Part shown: piece by piece, positions 1 through 10,320 of the stretch | How positions within the stretch are numbered: the first letter of the stretch is position 1 | Layout of the letters: each line of letters opens with the position of its first letter | Assembly (NCBI GenBank): GCA_039920105.1 | Contig: JBDSEJ010000564.1 | Span: 1 to 33,478 of the forward strand | Reading direction: 5' to 3' | Origin: Candidatus Nitrotoga sp. | GTDB taxonomy: Bacteria > Pseudomonadota > Gammaproteobacteria > Burkholderiales > Gallionellaceae | Length of the DNA: 33,478 bases | Made by a program: the position numbers and the translations under genes | The notes under the pieces: generated by a model | Told to the model about the DNA's origin: nothing | The model's input: the letters and a program-made list of their open reading frames with translations, nothing else | Databases searched by the model: none

Positions 1-2
1 AG

Positions 3-179
3 GAGGTGGAGGGCGTATTGGGCGTGGACCTGGATCGTTTCTATCGCGGCACCACTATCGCGCTGGAACAGCGACTGACACCGGCCGCCGCGATGGTTGA
101 TGCGCAGGGTAATGGCATCGCCGCCGAAACATTGCTGCTCGACACCGGCCCATTCGATTATCTGGAGGAGATGCCGTGA
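3..179 (+). CDS. C-terminal end of a baseplate J-like/baseplate assembly protein (5'-partial)
   Basis: Frame from base 3 reads EVEGVLGVDLDRFYRG...AAETLLLDTGPFDYLEEMP*, resembling the 'V.GV..VDLD.LY...AELL.LD' end of baseplate-J-like proteins; TGA 177-179 overlaps the next GTG start. Confidence 0.65.
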   Translation, partial: EVEGVLGVDLDRFYRGTTIALEQRLTPAAAMVDAQGNGIAAETLLLDTGPFDYLEEMP

Positions 180-1165
180 ATACTACCGCCGACCGTCTCT
201 ACGAACTGCTACCTGCCATCCATCGCATTCGCGATGCTGAGCAGGGCTACCCATTGCGCGAGTTGCTCACCGTCATCGCCGGCCAGGTGGCAGCCATGGA
301 GGAAAACCTCGAACAGCTTTACGACGACCAGTTCATCGAAACCTGCGCGTCGTGGGTGGCGCCCTATATCGGTGATCTCATCGGCTATCGCACCCTGCAC
401 GGTGTGGTACCCAATGTGGCCTCGCCGCGTGCTGACGTGGCCAATACCATCCGCTATCGCCGCCGCAAGGGCACGGCATCCATGCTCGAGCAACTGGCGC
501 GCGATGTCACTGGCTGGCCGGCGCGGGCAGTGGAATTTTTTCAACTGCTGGGCTGGACGCAGCACATGAATCATCTGCGTGCCCATGCGCACTACACGCC
601 GAATCTGCGCAACCTGGAAAAATTGCACTGGCACGATACCGCCTTCGACACCGTCGCTCACACCGTGGACATGCGACGCATCAGCACTGGTGCCGCGCGC
701 CACAATATTTCCAACATTGGCCTTTATTTGTGGCGGGTACGTGCGTTTCCGTTAACCCGATCGCAAGCCGTGGCCGATCCGGATATTGGTGGCGGACTGC
801 GCTTCCGCTTCAATCCGTTGGACACCGACATGGCGCTTTACAACACACCAGAAACTGAAGAAAAAATCAGCCATATGGCCGAACCGCGTAACGTGCCTAT
901 GCCGCTCACGCGTCGTTGGCTAAAGGCCCATCTTGACGACTACTACGGTACCGGCAAGAGTTTATGGCTGGAATTAGACGGCAATCCACTGCAATTGATT
1001 GGGCACAATAATATCTGCATCTGCAATCTCAGCGATATCAAGGACGGTGGCGGCAATGTCATCGCCTGGGCTCACCAGCCGATTGCCGGTTCCGGGATGG
1101 TGGCCATCGACCCAGTATTGGCCGCATCGCTTTCGCCGACGCGCCAGCCGCTACACCGCTGGTGA
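176..1165 (+). CDS. Phage tail/baseplate wedge (P2 gpI-like) protein, N-terminal half of a frameshifted gene
   Basis: RLYELLPAIHRIRD, LYDDQFIETC..W..PYIGDLIG and YRRRKGT..LEQLARDVTGW motifs; sense is lost after VAIDPVL at about 1120. Confidence 0.75.
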   Translation: MNTTADRLYELLPAIHRIRDAEQGYPLRELLTVIAGQVAAMEENLEQLYDDQFIETCASWVAPYIGDLIGYRTLHGVVPNVASPRADVANTIRYRRRKGTASMLEQLARDVTGWPARAVEFFQLLGWTQHMNHLRAHAHYTPNLRNLEKLHWHDTAFDTVAHTVDMRRISTGAARHNISNIGLYLWRVRAFPLTRSQAVADPDIGGGLRFRFNPLDTDMALYNTPETEEKISHMAEPRNVPMPLTRRWLKAHLDDYYGTGKSLWLELDGNPLQLIGHNNICICNLSDIKDGGGNVIAWAHQPIAGSGMVAIDPVLAASLSPTRQPLHRW

Positions 1166-2229
1166 GCTTTCATTATGGGTACACCATCGCCATCGGGGGC
1201 GGTGAATACGAGCGCGGCGATCCCGCCGTCCCTGTCACGCCGGTGCAAACTGTGCAGGGTGGCACTGCACTGCAGCCAGCGCTCAACGCGGTGCAAAACG
1301 GCGGCACGGTGAAAGTGCTCGACAGCCGCCGTTATGTGGAGACGCCGTCCATCACCGTGAATGCCGGCAAAACGGTCGTGCTGCGCGCGATCAATGGCGT
1401 TCGCCCGCTTCTGGCGGCGAGCAGCGATATCACACTCACGCTCGGTGCCGAAGCCACCTTGATCCTCGACGGCTGGATAATCAGCGGCGGCACACTTATG
1501 ATGGCTGCCTTCCCCGACACTCAGCCACGTTTTCTCATACTGCGCGATTGCACTTTGGTGCCTGGTCCGCGCAACAAAGGCGATGGCTCGCCGCCGCAAG
1601 CAGACGATCCCGGCTTGGTAGTAAGCCATGCCTTCGCCAAGATTGAGCTGGAACGCTGCATTACCTCACCGTTGCATATCGTCGCCGATGCCAAAGTCAC
1701 GTTGCGCGAATGCATCGTTGACGCGACCGCGCAAAATTTTGTCGCCTTCCGTGGCCCCGGCGCCGATGCACTCGCAGTAGGCGCTGCACTCACACTGGAA
1801 AGCTGCACCGTAATCGGCAAGGTTCACACCCGCCAATTGACGCTGGCCAGCGACTGTCTCTTTGTCGCCGCACTCACCAACGGCAGTGACCCGTGGAAGG
1901 CGCCGCTTTGGGCCGAACGCCGCCAGCAAGGCTGCGTTCGTTTTTCCTATATACCGCCCGGCTCACGCACACCGGCCCGCTTTCACTGCCAACCTGAAGG
2001 TGATGAGCAGCAGACATGGCCGCAATTCACCTCGCTGCGTTACGGTGATTCCGGCTATTGCCAGTTACTGCAGAGTACTTCAGACAAGATACGCCGAGGA
2101 GCGCATGACGAGAGCGAGATGGGCGTGCTGCATGGTTTGTATCAGCCTCAACGCGAAACCAATCTGCGCGTGCGGCTGGAAGAATACCTGCGCTTTGGCT
2201 TGGAAGCGGGATTGATCTACGGAAGCTAA
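1162..2229 (+). CDS. C-terminal half of the same tail/baseplate protein (beta-helix-like region)
   Basis: Its frame is open upstream (RIAFADAPAATPLVSFHYG...IGGGEYER); ends QQGCVRFSY...FTSLRYG...GAHDESEMG...QRETNLRVRLEEYLRFGLEAG, the usual C-terminus of the family. Confidence 0.72.
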   Translation: MSFHYGYTIAIGGGEYERGDPAVPVTPVQTVQGGTALQPALNAVQNGGTVKVLDSRRYVETPSITVNAGKTVVLRAINGVRPLLAASSDITLTLGAEATLILDGWIISGGTLMMAAFPDTQPRFLILRDCTLVPGPRNKGDGSPPQADDPGLVVSHAFAKIELERCITSPLHIVADAKVTLRECIVDATAQNFVAFRGPGADALAVGAALTLESCTVIGKVHTRQLTLASDCLFVAALTNGSDPWKAPLWAERRQQGCVRFSYIPPGSRTPARFHCQPEGDEQQTWPQFTSLRYGDSGYCQLLQSTSDKIRRGAHDESEMGVLHGLYQPQRETNLRVRLEEYLRFGLEAGLIYGS

Positions 2230-2262
2230 GGGCGGCATTGCCGCCACAATAAGGAGAAAGTC

Positions 2263-5200
2263 ATGAGTGGAGATTACAGCCGAGTTCGATTCGATCCCCG
2301 CATCGATTTGTCCGGCGTGTTTATGCAGCAAGGGCGCGTGCAACTGGACTCGGATTGGAATGAGTGGGTAGCGGTGCTGGATAGGCGCTTGCGCGCCGAG
2401 AGCGTGGATACGTTCGGTGTGCATATGACGCCGGGCATCACAGGCGTAGCGGTGGTCTCGCCGCAGACGCCGGACGCCTTCAAGATCGAGGCCGCCAGCG
2501 GAAACATCACCATCGGCCGCGGTCGTATGTATGTGGATGGGCTGCTGGCGGAAAATCACGGCGGCGGCGCAGCGGAGTTTGATGCTGTGCTCGCCGAACT
2601 GAGGGGAAAAACGGCGCTGGCGTACAACTTGCAGCCATATTTCCCCGCACCACCGGCCCTGCCTGGCGGTGGACCGCACCTTGCCTATCTTGAAACTTGG
2701 CAGCGCGAGGTCACTTATCTGCAGCACCCCAAGTTAGTTGAAAGCGCCGTGGGCGTGGATACCACAACACGTCTGCAAACCGTTTGGCAGGTTCGCTTGC
2801 TGGCCAATATAACCGGTGCCAACTGCACTACACCCGATGCCACGGTGGCGGGCTGGCAAACGCTCACCCTTCCCTCCGGCGGGCGCATGTCCATCAAGGC
2901 GGAGGGCGTTCCACCCGCTCTCGATCCATGCGAACTGCCGCCCAGCGGCGGTTATCGCGGGCTGGAGAATCAGCTCTATCGAGTCGAGATTCACGACGGC
3001 GGCACCGTAGGCACGGCGACGTTCAAATGGTCACGTGACAATGCCAGCGTGGCGAGTAATGTAGTGGAGATTGTCTCTCAGACCGCGACCAACACCGAAC
3101 TCAAATTGGCCAGTCTGGGTCGCGACGCGGTGCTGCGTTTCAACACCGGTGACTGGGTGGAGATTCTTGACGACCGACGCGAACTCAGTGGTGAAAACGG
3201 CGATCCGGCGCTGCGCCGCGGCGTGATGCGCAAAATCAGCGTCGACGACGCCAAGCAAACCATCAGCTTTTCACCCGCGTTGCCGGCGAATCTCATTCCC
3301 GGCGGCGGCCTCGACACCTTGAACTCCCGCCACACCCGTTTGCGGCGCTGGGATCAGAAGGGCATAGTGCGCGATGCCAGCAACAATCTCATCGTCAATC
3401 TCGACGCGGCGGGCAGCACCGGTCTGATTCCAGTGCCGGCTGCGGGCGTCTGGGTGGTGCTGGAAAACGGAATTCAAATTCAATTCAGTCTCGACCCCTC
3501 AGGCGGCGGATTCCACTGCGGGGACTATTGGGTATCCGCGGCACGCACCAACGACACCTCGGTGGAAACCTACACCCAAGCGCCGCCACGCGGCATCCAT
3601 CGTCATTATGCGCGGCTTGCCATTGTTACCTTCCCCGACGACGAAACCGACTGCCGCGTGAAATGGCCGCCCGAATGCGGCGGATGCTGCACCGTCAACG
3701 TCGCACCCGGTGAAAATATCCAGACCGCGATCGACTCGCTGCCGGACGAAGGCGGTTGCGTGTGCCTGAAAACGGGCGTACACAACCTTAATGCTACTAT
3801 AAAGATACACTCGTCAAACATCATCCTGCGCGGCGAGAGTCCTGGCTCCATCGTGCGTGCGGCAGGACTGGCCAGAACCTTGCAGATCGGCGACGCCAGT
3901 TCACCGGTAAGCGACATCATCGTCGAGGGCATACGTTTTGAAGCAACAGCCGCTGCTGCCGATATTGGCGCGTTGCTGTACCTGGACAGCTGCAAGCGGG
4001 TGCGGGTAGAACACTGTGCGCTTGCTGTTTTGGTTGCGCCGCTGCAAACACCGCCGCTCTATGTCGGCATCAATTTGAACAACGTGACCGATGTCGATCT
4101 GATCGCCAATCGCCTGGACAATTTCTTAGTTGGTATCCTGAGCCAGGATTATCAGGGCGGCCTGCACATTACCGATAACGCCATTGCAGGCATTACCGGT
4201 ATGTTCTTAGGTCAGGTTGATGGCTCTAACGGCCAATACGGTATCCGGATCGATACCGATTACACCCAGGCTTGCCGCATCGAGAACAACCGCATCCGCC
4301 ATTTCTGGGTCGGCATCTCTCTGCTCCATAACGCCACAGGCTCTCTCATATCCGGTAATCGCATCAGCCGCAGCGCCGGTATCTCGCAAGATGATTTTCC
4401 ATCCGATGTAGCACAAATGCGCAACTACCTGGACACTCGCCTCTACGCAATCGATATAGAGGCAGCTCAATGCGAAGTGCGCGGCAACCAGATCGACTTG
4501 CTCTCTACCGCATGGGGCGGCATCCGGGTTAGCGGAGACCACGCAACCATCGTCGCCAACCTCCTGGAGGCGACCGTCCAGGAGCGCCAATTGACTGTAC
4601 CCGCTGGTATCTATTGCCACGCTGATGCGAAAAACGGCTTTAGTGCCGACCACGCAATAGTGCGTGAAAATCAGTTGCTGGGTCCGCAATCTGGCATTAT
4701 CGTCTCACGCATTGACTGCCCGGTCATCGTCGACAACCACATTGATGGTGGTGGTTCTGGATGGTTCGGCGTGAAAGTGGATAATTGTAGCGACAGCCGT
4801 ATCGACAAAAATGACCTGCGCGAAGTGTTCTTTGCCGTGCATCTTAGTGAGGGCGAAGGCAACCTCATAGTCGGTAATCGTATTGACCAGACAGTTGCCG
4901 GTATCACTTCCACGCAGGAAGCCGATCTGGAGGTTAGCGGTAATACGTTACGATCCTGTTTACTGCTGGGGATGATGCTATACGTGCGCGGCAATAACGC
5001 ACTGCTCGGAAACCGAGTACGCAACTGCGGCTATACTTCAGTATTATCGATCGGCATCGTCGTATACGCCGAAGAGGTATGGATGCCTACCGGCGGCGCA
5101 CATCTGCGCCTCGAGGACTGCGAAGTGATCGACACCGGCATCTCTGCCGACGGCAAACAGCTCACAACTGTCAGTGCTGTCGGCATCGGCAGCTGGGTAC

Positions 5201-5703
5201 CCGCCTGCCAGATCAGCAGCAACCGCGTCGGATATAGCCAACCCGCCTTGCTAGAAAAAGCGAACGAACACCGCGCATTGCTGCTGATCGGGCCGCTGGC
5301 ACAGCGTTTTGTTGGCTCAGCAGCTGAGACTACCTTCATGTTCTGCAGCGCGCAGGTGGATGACAATCACTTCCGCGGTCCGGGTCGCAGCCAGTTGGTG
5401 GAATTCAGACGTATTCAATACACCGATAACATCGACCAGCGATTCGAAAAGGTGACCTTCAACAATAATGTCTGCGACCACCTCAGCGCCGAGGCGAGTG
5501 ACCTTGGCGCCACCGTGCACCTGTGGGGTGGACACCTGATCGCCATGGGCAATCACATCAAGGCCGCAGCAGCCAACGTCAACTCCATGTCGCTGGCCAA
5601 CCGTTCCAAAATCGCACTCATGGGTAACATCACCACCGGAAATTACATCAACATCGGCACCGTCACTCCGCTGCCAATCATGAATTTCAACGTCAAAATT
5701 TAA
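2263..5703 (+). CDS. DUF6519-domain protein with right-handed parallel beta-helix repeats (tail fibre/tailspike-like)
   Basis: N-terminal MSGDYSR..FDP....GV.MQQGRVQLDSDWNE, YRGLENQLYRVEIH, FKWSRDNAS, PPRGIHRHYARLA; then Asn-ladder repeats (I.NNRI, I.GNRI, V.GN.I); AAGGAG RBS upstream. Confidence 0.85.
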   Translation: MSGDYSRVRFDPRIDLSGVFMQQGRVQLDSDWNEWVAVLDRRLRAESVDTFGVHMTPGITGVAVVSPQTPDAFKIEAASGNITIGRGRMYVDGLLAENHGGGAAEFDAVLAELRGKTALAYNLQPYFPAPPALPGGGPHLAYLETWQREVTYLQHPKLVESAVGVDTTTRLQTVWQVRLLANITGANCTTPDATVAGWQTLTLPSGGRMSIKAEGVPPALDPCELPPSGGYRGLENQLYRVEIHDGGTVGTATFKWSRDNASVASNVVEIVSQTATNTELKLASLGRDAVLRFNTGDWVEILDDRRELSGENGDPALRRGVMRKISVDDAKQTISFSPALPANLIPGGGLDTLNSRHTRLRRWDQKGIVRDASNNLIVNLDAAGSTGLIPVPAAGVWVVLENGIQIQFSLDPSGGGFHCGDYWVSAARTNDTSVETYTQAPPRGIHRHYARLAIVTFPDDETDCRVKWPPECGGCCTVNVAPGENIQTAIDSLPDEGGCVCLKTGVHNLNATIKIHSSNIILRGESPGSIVRAAGLARTLQIGDASSPVSDIIVEGIRFEATAAAADIGALLYLDSCKRVRVEHCALAVLVAPLQTPPLYVGINLNNVTDVDLIANRLDNFLVGILSQDYQGGLHITDNAIAGITGMFLGQVDGSNGQYGIRIDTDYTQACRIENNRIRHFWVGISLLHNATGSLISGNRISRSAGISQDDFPSDVAQMRNYLDTRLYAIDIEAAQCEVRGNQIDLLSTAWGGIRVSGDHATIVANLLEATVQERQLTVPAGIYCHADAKNGFSADHAIVRENQLLGPQSGIIVSRIDCPVIVDNHIDGGGSGWFGVKVDNCSDSRIDKNDLREVFFAVHLSEGEGNLIVGNRIDQTVAGITSTQEADLEVSGNTLRSCLLLGMMLYVRGNNALLGNRVRNCGYTSVLSIGIVVYAEEVWMPTGGAHLRLEDCEVIDTGISADGKQLTTVSAVGIGSWVPACQISSNRVGYSQPALLEKANEHRALLLIGPLAQRFVGSAAETTFMFCSAQVDDNHFRGPGRSQLVEFRRIQYTDNIDQRFEKVTFNNNVCDHLSAEASDLGATVHLWGGHLIAMGNHIKAAAANVNSMSLANRSKIALMGNITTGNYINIGTVTPLPIMNFNVKI

Positions 5704-5715
5704 GGAGCGTAAAAC

Positions 5716-6069
5716 ATGGACATCAAAACACTGAAGCAAGCGCTCAAACTACAAAGTGACCTCACCACCCGACTCACACAAAGCATAGCATCGCATAGCA
5801 CGGGAAAAATACCGAGCATTGAAGTGACACTAAAAGAAAAAGAGCAGTTAATTGCCCGCGCCCAAGCGGAAGTCGAGATCGCCATCAAGGAACGTGATAC
5901 AGCCGTAAGCCGCTGGGATGAACGCATCGCGCAACGCAAAGCAAGCGTTGATAAACTGAAAGAGGAATTAAACGACCTCAAAAAACATCTTACGGAACGG
6001 CATGAACCACCCAGAAACAAAAAAACGGGAAATTCCAAAAAAACAACTATCGACAAAAAGCTTCAGTAA
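5716..6069 (+). CDS. Small basic coiled-coil hypothetical protein, last gene of the tail locus
   Basis: TAAGGAG RBS overlapping the upstream stop; heptad-like K/E/L/A segment; Lys-rich tail. Confidence 0.8.
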   Translation: MDIKTLKQALKLQSDLTTRLTQSIASHSTGKIPSIEVTLKEKEQLIARAQAEVEIAIKERDTAVSRWDERIAQRKASVDKLKEELNDLKKHLTERHEPPRNKKTGNSKKTTIDKKLQ

Positions 6070-6147
6070 AGCCATTCAAAACAGAAATTTTGTTATCTAC
6101 GGAAGTTAAATTGCATAATCAACTTGCAACTTCCATCAGAAGAAAAT

Positions 6148-6178
6148 AATCCGTTCGTACTTCATCAAACGGATTTTT
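6148..6178 (+). terminator. Putative intrinsic terminator of the tail operon
   Basis: AATCCGTT-N12-AACGGATT stem running into a T tract. Confidence 0.4.
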
Positions 6179-6674
6179 AACTGACTATTACCTGTTGTTT
6201 TTATTGTGCTTTTAAAAATTGTTAGCCACTATCAGTCACGTAATGCCTGTTTGTTTGTTGCGTGACTTATCCGGCTGGCGCTCACAACGCCTTGAACTGA
6301 ATTAATGCCGAGCACAGGAGTAGTCGAAGCGGCATGCAATCTTCTCGCGTAAATCAAAAAGTAGGCTATCTGCTTAAAATGCTCTGTTCAATGTCAACGC
6401 ATGGGACTTCAACACGCATTGTCCGCACCTATGTGCTGCGAAAAGCCGGATAAGCGTGATCCATCAAAGTCTAGCGCATTGTTAACTATGCCCCGTCAAG
6501 TTAGCGCGACAGTATGTATGCTCAGCGATTGCTTATCACGAGCCATGGCCATCAGATCCGAAAACCCTTGGACTGGAAAACCTCTCATAAGGTATTATTT
6601 GGTCAACGGTGTACATGGGCTATCCCGGCGCTATATGCTGCAATTTGAATATGAATAGAAGAGAGGATGTACAG

Positions 6675-7610
6675 ATGAAGATTGCAAAAAATGTTTTGGA
6701 ACTGATAGGCAACACACCATTGGTGCAACTAAACCGCGTGACCCAAGGCATAGATGCCACTATCCTCGCCAAGTTGGAATTCTTCAACCCCGCCCTCAGC
6801 GTCAAAGATCGTATCGCCGCTTCAATGATTGAAGCTGCTGAAAAAGAAGACAAAATCAAACCAGACACAATTATTTTGGAACCAACATCTGGCAATACCG
6901 GCATCGGCCTTGCTATGGTTTGCGCGGCTCGCGGTTATAAGTGTACTTTCATTATGCCGGAAAACATGAGCCGTGAACGCCGATTGTTGATGAAGGCTTA
7001 TGGTGCAGAACTTATCCTAACTCCAAGCTCGGTCGGCATGCCCGGGGCAATGAAATTAGCCAAAGAAATGGCTTTGGCCGATTCGCGCTACCTTCTGCTG
7101 CAACAATTCTCTAACCTTGCCAACCCAGCTATCCATCGCACGACCACCGCCCAAGAAATCATGCGCGACACCGATGATATGGTAGACATCTTTGTTGCTG
7201 GTGTGGGCACTGGGGGCACTATCACGGGGGTGGGTGAAGCATTGAGAGAAATCTTTTCGGGCTTGCAAGTAATTGCCGTGGAACCCGATGCCTCACCCGT
7301 ACTTTCCGGTGGCGAGCGTGGACCACACTCTATTCAAGGCATAGGACCAGGTTTTGTGCCGGAAGTGCTCAACAGAAATATATTCCACGAAACAGTGCGT
7401 GTTAAAGATGATGATGCGTTCAATATGGCGCGGCGCTTGGCAAAGGAGGAAGGCCTGCTGGTCGGCATTTCTTCTGGAGCGGCTGTTTGGGCTGCCCTTG
7501 AAGTTGCCAAGCGTCCATTAAATGCTGGCAAAATGATTGTGGTGATGATCCCATCATTTGGCGAACGTTATTTGTCCACTAAATTGTTTTCTGACCTGGA
7601 TGTGGATTAA
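6675..7610 (+). CDS. cysK: Cysteine synthase A
   Basis: [21 protein letters not shown] (PLP lysine), [30 protein letters not shown]; start moved to ATG 6675 after a GAGAGG RBS. Confidence 0.95.
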   Translation: MKIAKNVLELIGNTPLVQLNRVTQGIDATILAKLEFFNPALSVKDRIAASMIEAAEKEDKIKPDTIILEPTSGNTGIGLAMVCAARGYKCTFIMPENMSRERRLLMKAYGAELILTPSSVGMPGAMKLAKEMALADSRYLLLQQFSNLANPAIHRTTTAQEIMRDTDDMVDIFVAGVGTGGTITGVGEALREIFSGLQVIAVEPDASPVLSGGERGPHSIQGIGPGFVPEVLNRNIFHETVRVKDDDAFNMARRLAKEEGLLVGISSGAAVWAALEVAKRPLNAGKMIVVMIPSFGERYLSTKLFSDLDVD

Positions 7611-7642
7611 CCAATTGTCGTAAAAAATGCAGAACTGAGAAT

Positions 7643-7674
7643 AAAAAAAAGCGGTGGATTTGGAGCTCCACCGC
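7643..7674 (-). terminator. Intrinsic terminator of clpB
   Basis: Perfect 8-bp stem GCGGTGGA/TCCACCGC preceded by A8 on + (U8 on -). Confidence 0.85.
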
Positions 7675-7709
7675 AGTCACAGTTAGTTCAACAGCATTTT
7701 CAGAGGGTC

Positions 7710-10289
7710 CTAACCATTATCAAACCTCATTACCCCACCCATGCAATCAATCTTGATGGTGTCTTTAGCAGCAAAGCGCCCTTCCAAAAGCTGCTTGGCG
7801 AGAGGATTTTCCAGTTGCGACTGTATGGCACGTTTAAGCGGGCGGGCACCATAAGTAGGGTCGAATCCGGCGGTGGCGATTTCCGCCAGAGCAGCATCAG
7901 TAATTTCCAATTTCATATCCATTGCAGCCAGACGGCTTTCCAAATAGCCTAACTGTATACGCGCGATCGCCTTGATATTCTTTTCGTCCAGTGCATGGAA
8001 CACCACCACTTCGTCAATACGATTGATGAATTCGGGACGGAAATAGCTTTTCACCTCGCCCATCACCGCCAGTTTGATGACTTGGTAGTCATCGCCTGAC
8101 ATCTGTTGGATCATTTGACTGCCAAGGTTTGAGGTCATTACAACCACTGTATTTTTGAAATCTACGGTACGCCCCTGTCCGTCCGTCATGCGGCCATCAT
8201 CCAGCACTTGCAGAAGTACATTAAATACATCCGGATGCGCTTTTTCCACTTCGTCCAATAATATGACGGAATACGGTTTGCGCCTGACAGCTTCGGTCAG
8301 CCCGCCGCCCTCCTCGTAACCTACATAGCCTGGCGGCGCACCGATCAGACGCGATACGGAATGTTTTTCCATATATTCACTCATGTCGATGCGGATGAGA
8401 TGATCTTCTGAATCGAACAAAAAACCAGCCAACGCCTTGCATAATTCGGTCTTACCTACACCAGTGGGTCCTAAAAACAGGAAAGATCCGTAGGGACGAT
8501 TAGGATCCCCCAATCCAGAACGTGAACGACGGATTGCATCCGATACTAGGCGTACCGCCTCGTCCTGTCCGACCACACGCTCGTGCAACTTGACTTCCAT
8601 CTGCAGCAGTTTGTCGCGCTCGCCCTTCATCATTTTGGAAACGGGAATGCCGGTGGCACGACTCACTACTTCTGCAATTTCCTCCGCACCAACGTGCGTG
8701 CGTAGCAGGCGATTCTGGGGCTTGTTTGCTTCAGCCTGATTCGCCTCTTTCAATTTCGCTTCAAGTTGCGGAAGTTTGCCATATTGCAACTCGGCTACTT
8801 TTTCCAATTTTCCCTCACGTTGCAACTGGGTAATTTCGACACGCACGCGTTCGATGTCTTCTTTTACCTGTGCCGTACCATGTGCCGAGCCTTTCTCCGC
8901 CTTCCATATTTCTTCCAGATCTGCATATTCACGCGACAGCTTTTCAATCTCGTCTTCGATAAGCTGCATACGTTTTTTTGAAGCCTCGTCCTTTTCCTTC
9001 TTTACAGCTTCACGTTCAATTTTTAATTGAATCAGCCGCCGGTCAAGTTTGTCCATTACTTCCGGTTTGGAGTCAATTTCCATCTTGATGCGCGCGGCCG
9101 CTTCGTCTATCAGATCAATTGCCTTGTCTGGCAAAAAACGGTCGGTAATATAGCGGTGCGACAATTCTGCCGCTGCCACGATGGCCGGATCGGTAATATC
9201 CACACCGTGGTGCAACTCGTATTTTTCCTGCAAGCCGCGCAGGATAGCGATGGTTGCTTCAACTGTCGGTTCGTCCACTAGAACCTTTTGAAAACGACGC
9301 TCCAGCGCGCCATCTTTCTCAATGTATTTTCGGTATTCATCCAGTGTAGTGGCGCCAATGCAATGCAACTCACCGCGTGCCAGCGCAGGTTTCAGCATAT
9401 TGCCCGCATCCATTGCACCTTCAGCCTTGCCCGCACCGACCATGGTGTGCAACTCGTCAATAAATACGATGATTCGTCCTTCCTCCATGGCTATTTCTTT
9501 CAGCACAGATTTCAGGCGTTCTTCGAATTCTCCGCGATATTTCGCACCGGCCAGTAGCGCTGCCATATCAAGCGACAACACACGCTTGCCCTTTAGAGAT
9601 TCCGGTACTTCTTCGTTGACAATACGCTGTGCTAAACCCTCCACGATAGCGGTTTTACCGACGCCGGGCTCACCAATCAAAACCGGGTTATTTTTGGTGC
9701 GGCGCTGCAAAACCTGAATTGCGCGACGAATCTCATCGTCGCGTCCGATTACTGGATCCAGCTTGCCTTTACGGGCACGCTCGGTAAGATCTAAAGTGTA
9801 TTTTTTAAGCGCTTCGCGCTGACCCTCAGCTTCCTGACTACCCACATTTTGTCCACCACGCACCGCGTTGATCGCTTGTTCCAGGGCTGTACGGACTACA
9901 CCGTGCTGCTTCAATAGACGCCCGCATTCACCCTTGTCTTCTGTTAGAGCTAACAAAAACATTTCCGAGGCAATAAATTGGTCACCGCGATTTTGCGCTT
10001 GCTTGTCGGTAAGATTAAACAAATTAGCGAGATCACGTCCGATCTGCACTTCGCCGCCGTGCCCTTCTACCTTAGTCAGACGCGCCACACTTTGCGTTAA
10101 CGCCTCCTTTAAAGGAACGACATTCCCACCTGCGCGTGCAAGCAGTGAAGCTGCCCCACTATCAGTATCATTGAGCAATGCCAGCAATAAATGCTGAGGT
10201 TCAATAAATTGATTGTCACTTCCAACAGCCAAACTCTGCGCATCAGACAGCGCCTGTTGCAGCTTAGTTGTAAATTTGTCGAATCGCAT
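7710..10289 (-). CDS. clpB: ATP-dependent chaperone ClpB
   Basis: Two AAA+ modules ([16 protein letters not shown]), coiled-coil middle domain, GARPLKR; start MRFDKFT at 10289 with GGAG RBS. Confidence 0.98.
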   Translation of the reverse strand: MRFDKFTTKLQQALSDAQSLAVGSDNQFIEPQHLLLALLNDTDSGAASLLARAGGNVVPLKEALTQSVARLTKVEGHGGEVQIGRDLANLFNLTDKQAQNRGDQFIASEMFLLALTEDKGECGRLLKQHGVVRTALEQAINAVRGGQNVGSQEAEGQREALKKYTLDLTERARKGKLDPVIGRDDEIRRAIQVLQRRTKNNPVLIGEPGVGKTAIVEGLAQRIVNEEVPESLKGKRVLSLDMAALLAGAKYRGEFEERLKSVLKEIAMEEGRIIVFIDELHTMVGAGKAEGAMDAGNMLKPALARGELHCIGATTLDEYRKYIEKDGALERRFQKVLVDEPTVEATIAILRGLQEKYELHHGVDITDPAIVAAAELSHRYITDRFLPDKAIDLIDEAAARIKMEIDSKPEVMDKLDRRLIQLKIEREAVKKEKDEASKKRMQLIEDEIEKLSREYADLEEIWKAEKGSAHGTAQVKEDIERVRVEITQLQREGKLEKVAELQYGKLPQLEAKLKEANQAEANKPQNRLLRTHVGAEEIAEVVSRATGIPVSKMMKGERDKLLQMEVKLHERVVGQDEAVRLVSDAIRRSRSGLGDPNRPYGSFLFLGPTGVGKTELCKALAGFLFDSEDHLIRIDMSEYMEKHSVSRLIGAPPGYVGYEEGGGLTEAVRRKPYSVILLDEVEKAHPDVFNVLLQVLDDGRMTDGQGRTVDFKNTVVVMTSNLGSQMIQQMSGDDYQVIKLAVMGEVKSYFRPEFINRIDEVVVFHALDEKNIKAIARIQLGYLESRLAAMDMKLEITDAALAEIATAGFDPTYGARPLKRAIQSQLENPLAKQLLEGRFAAKDTIKIDCMGGVMRFDNG

Positions 10290-10320
10290 AATGGCTCCGT
10301 AATAATAATTATTGTTTAAT

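Larger units (their letters stand above)
1..6069 (+). other. Distal end of a contractile phage-tail-like locus (probable eCIS); continues beyond the left edge
   Basis: Tightly packed co-oriented genes (baseplate-J-like, tail/wedge protein, DUF6519 beta-helix protein, small coiled-coil), GTGA overlap at 176-179, GC clearly higher than the backbone; no capsid, terminase or integrase in view. Confidence 0.75.

Noticed and set aside
209-5739. Many overlapping alternative-frame and antisense ORFs across the tail genes
   Set aside because: Shadows of GC-rich real genes, with no motifs or RBS
6401-6658. 85-aa ORF upstream of cysK, and a minus-frame NNALDFDGSR segment
   Set aside because: No recognisable family, TTG/GTG-extended or stop-interrupted frames; too weak to call
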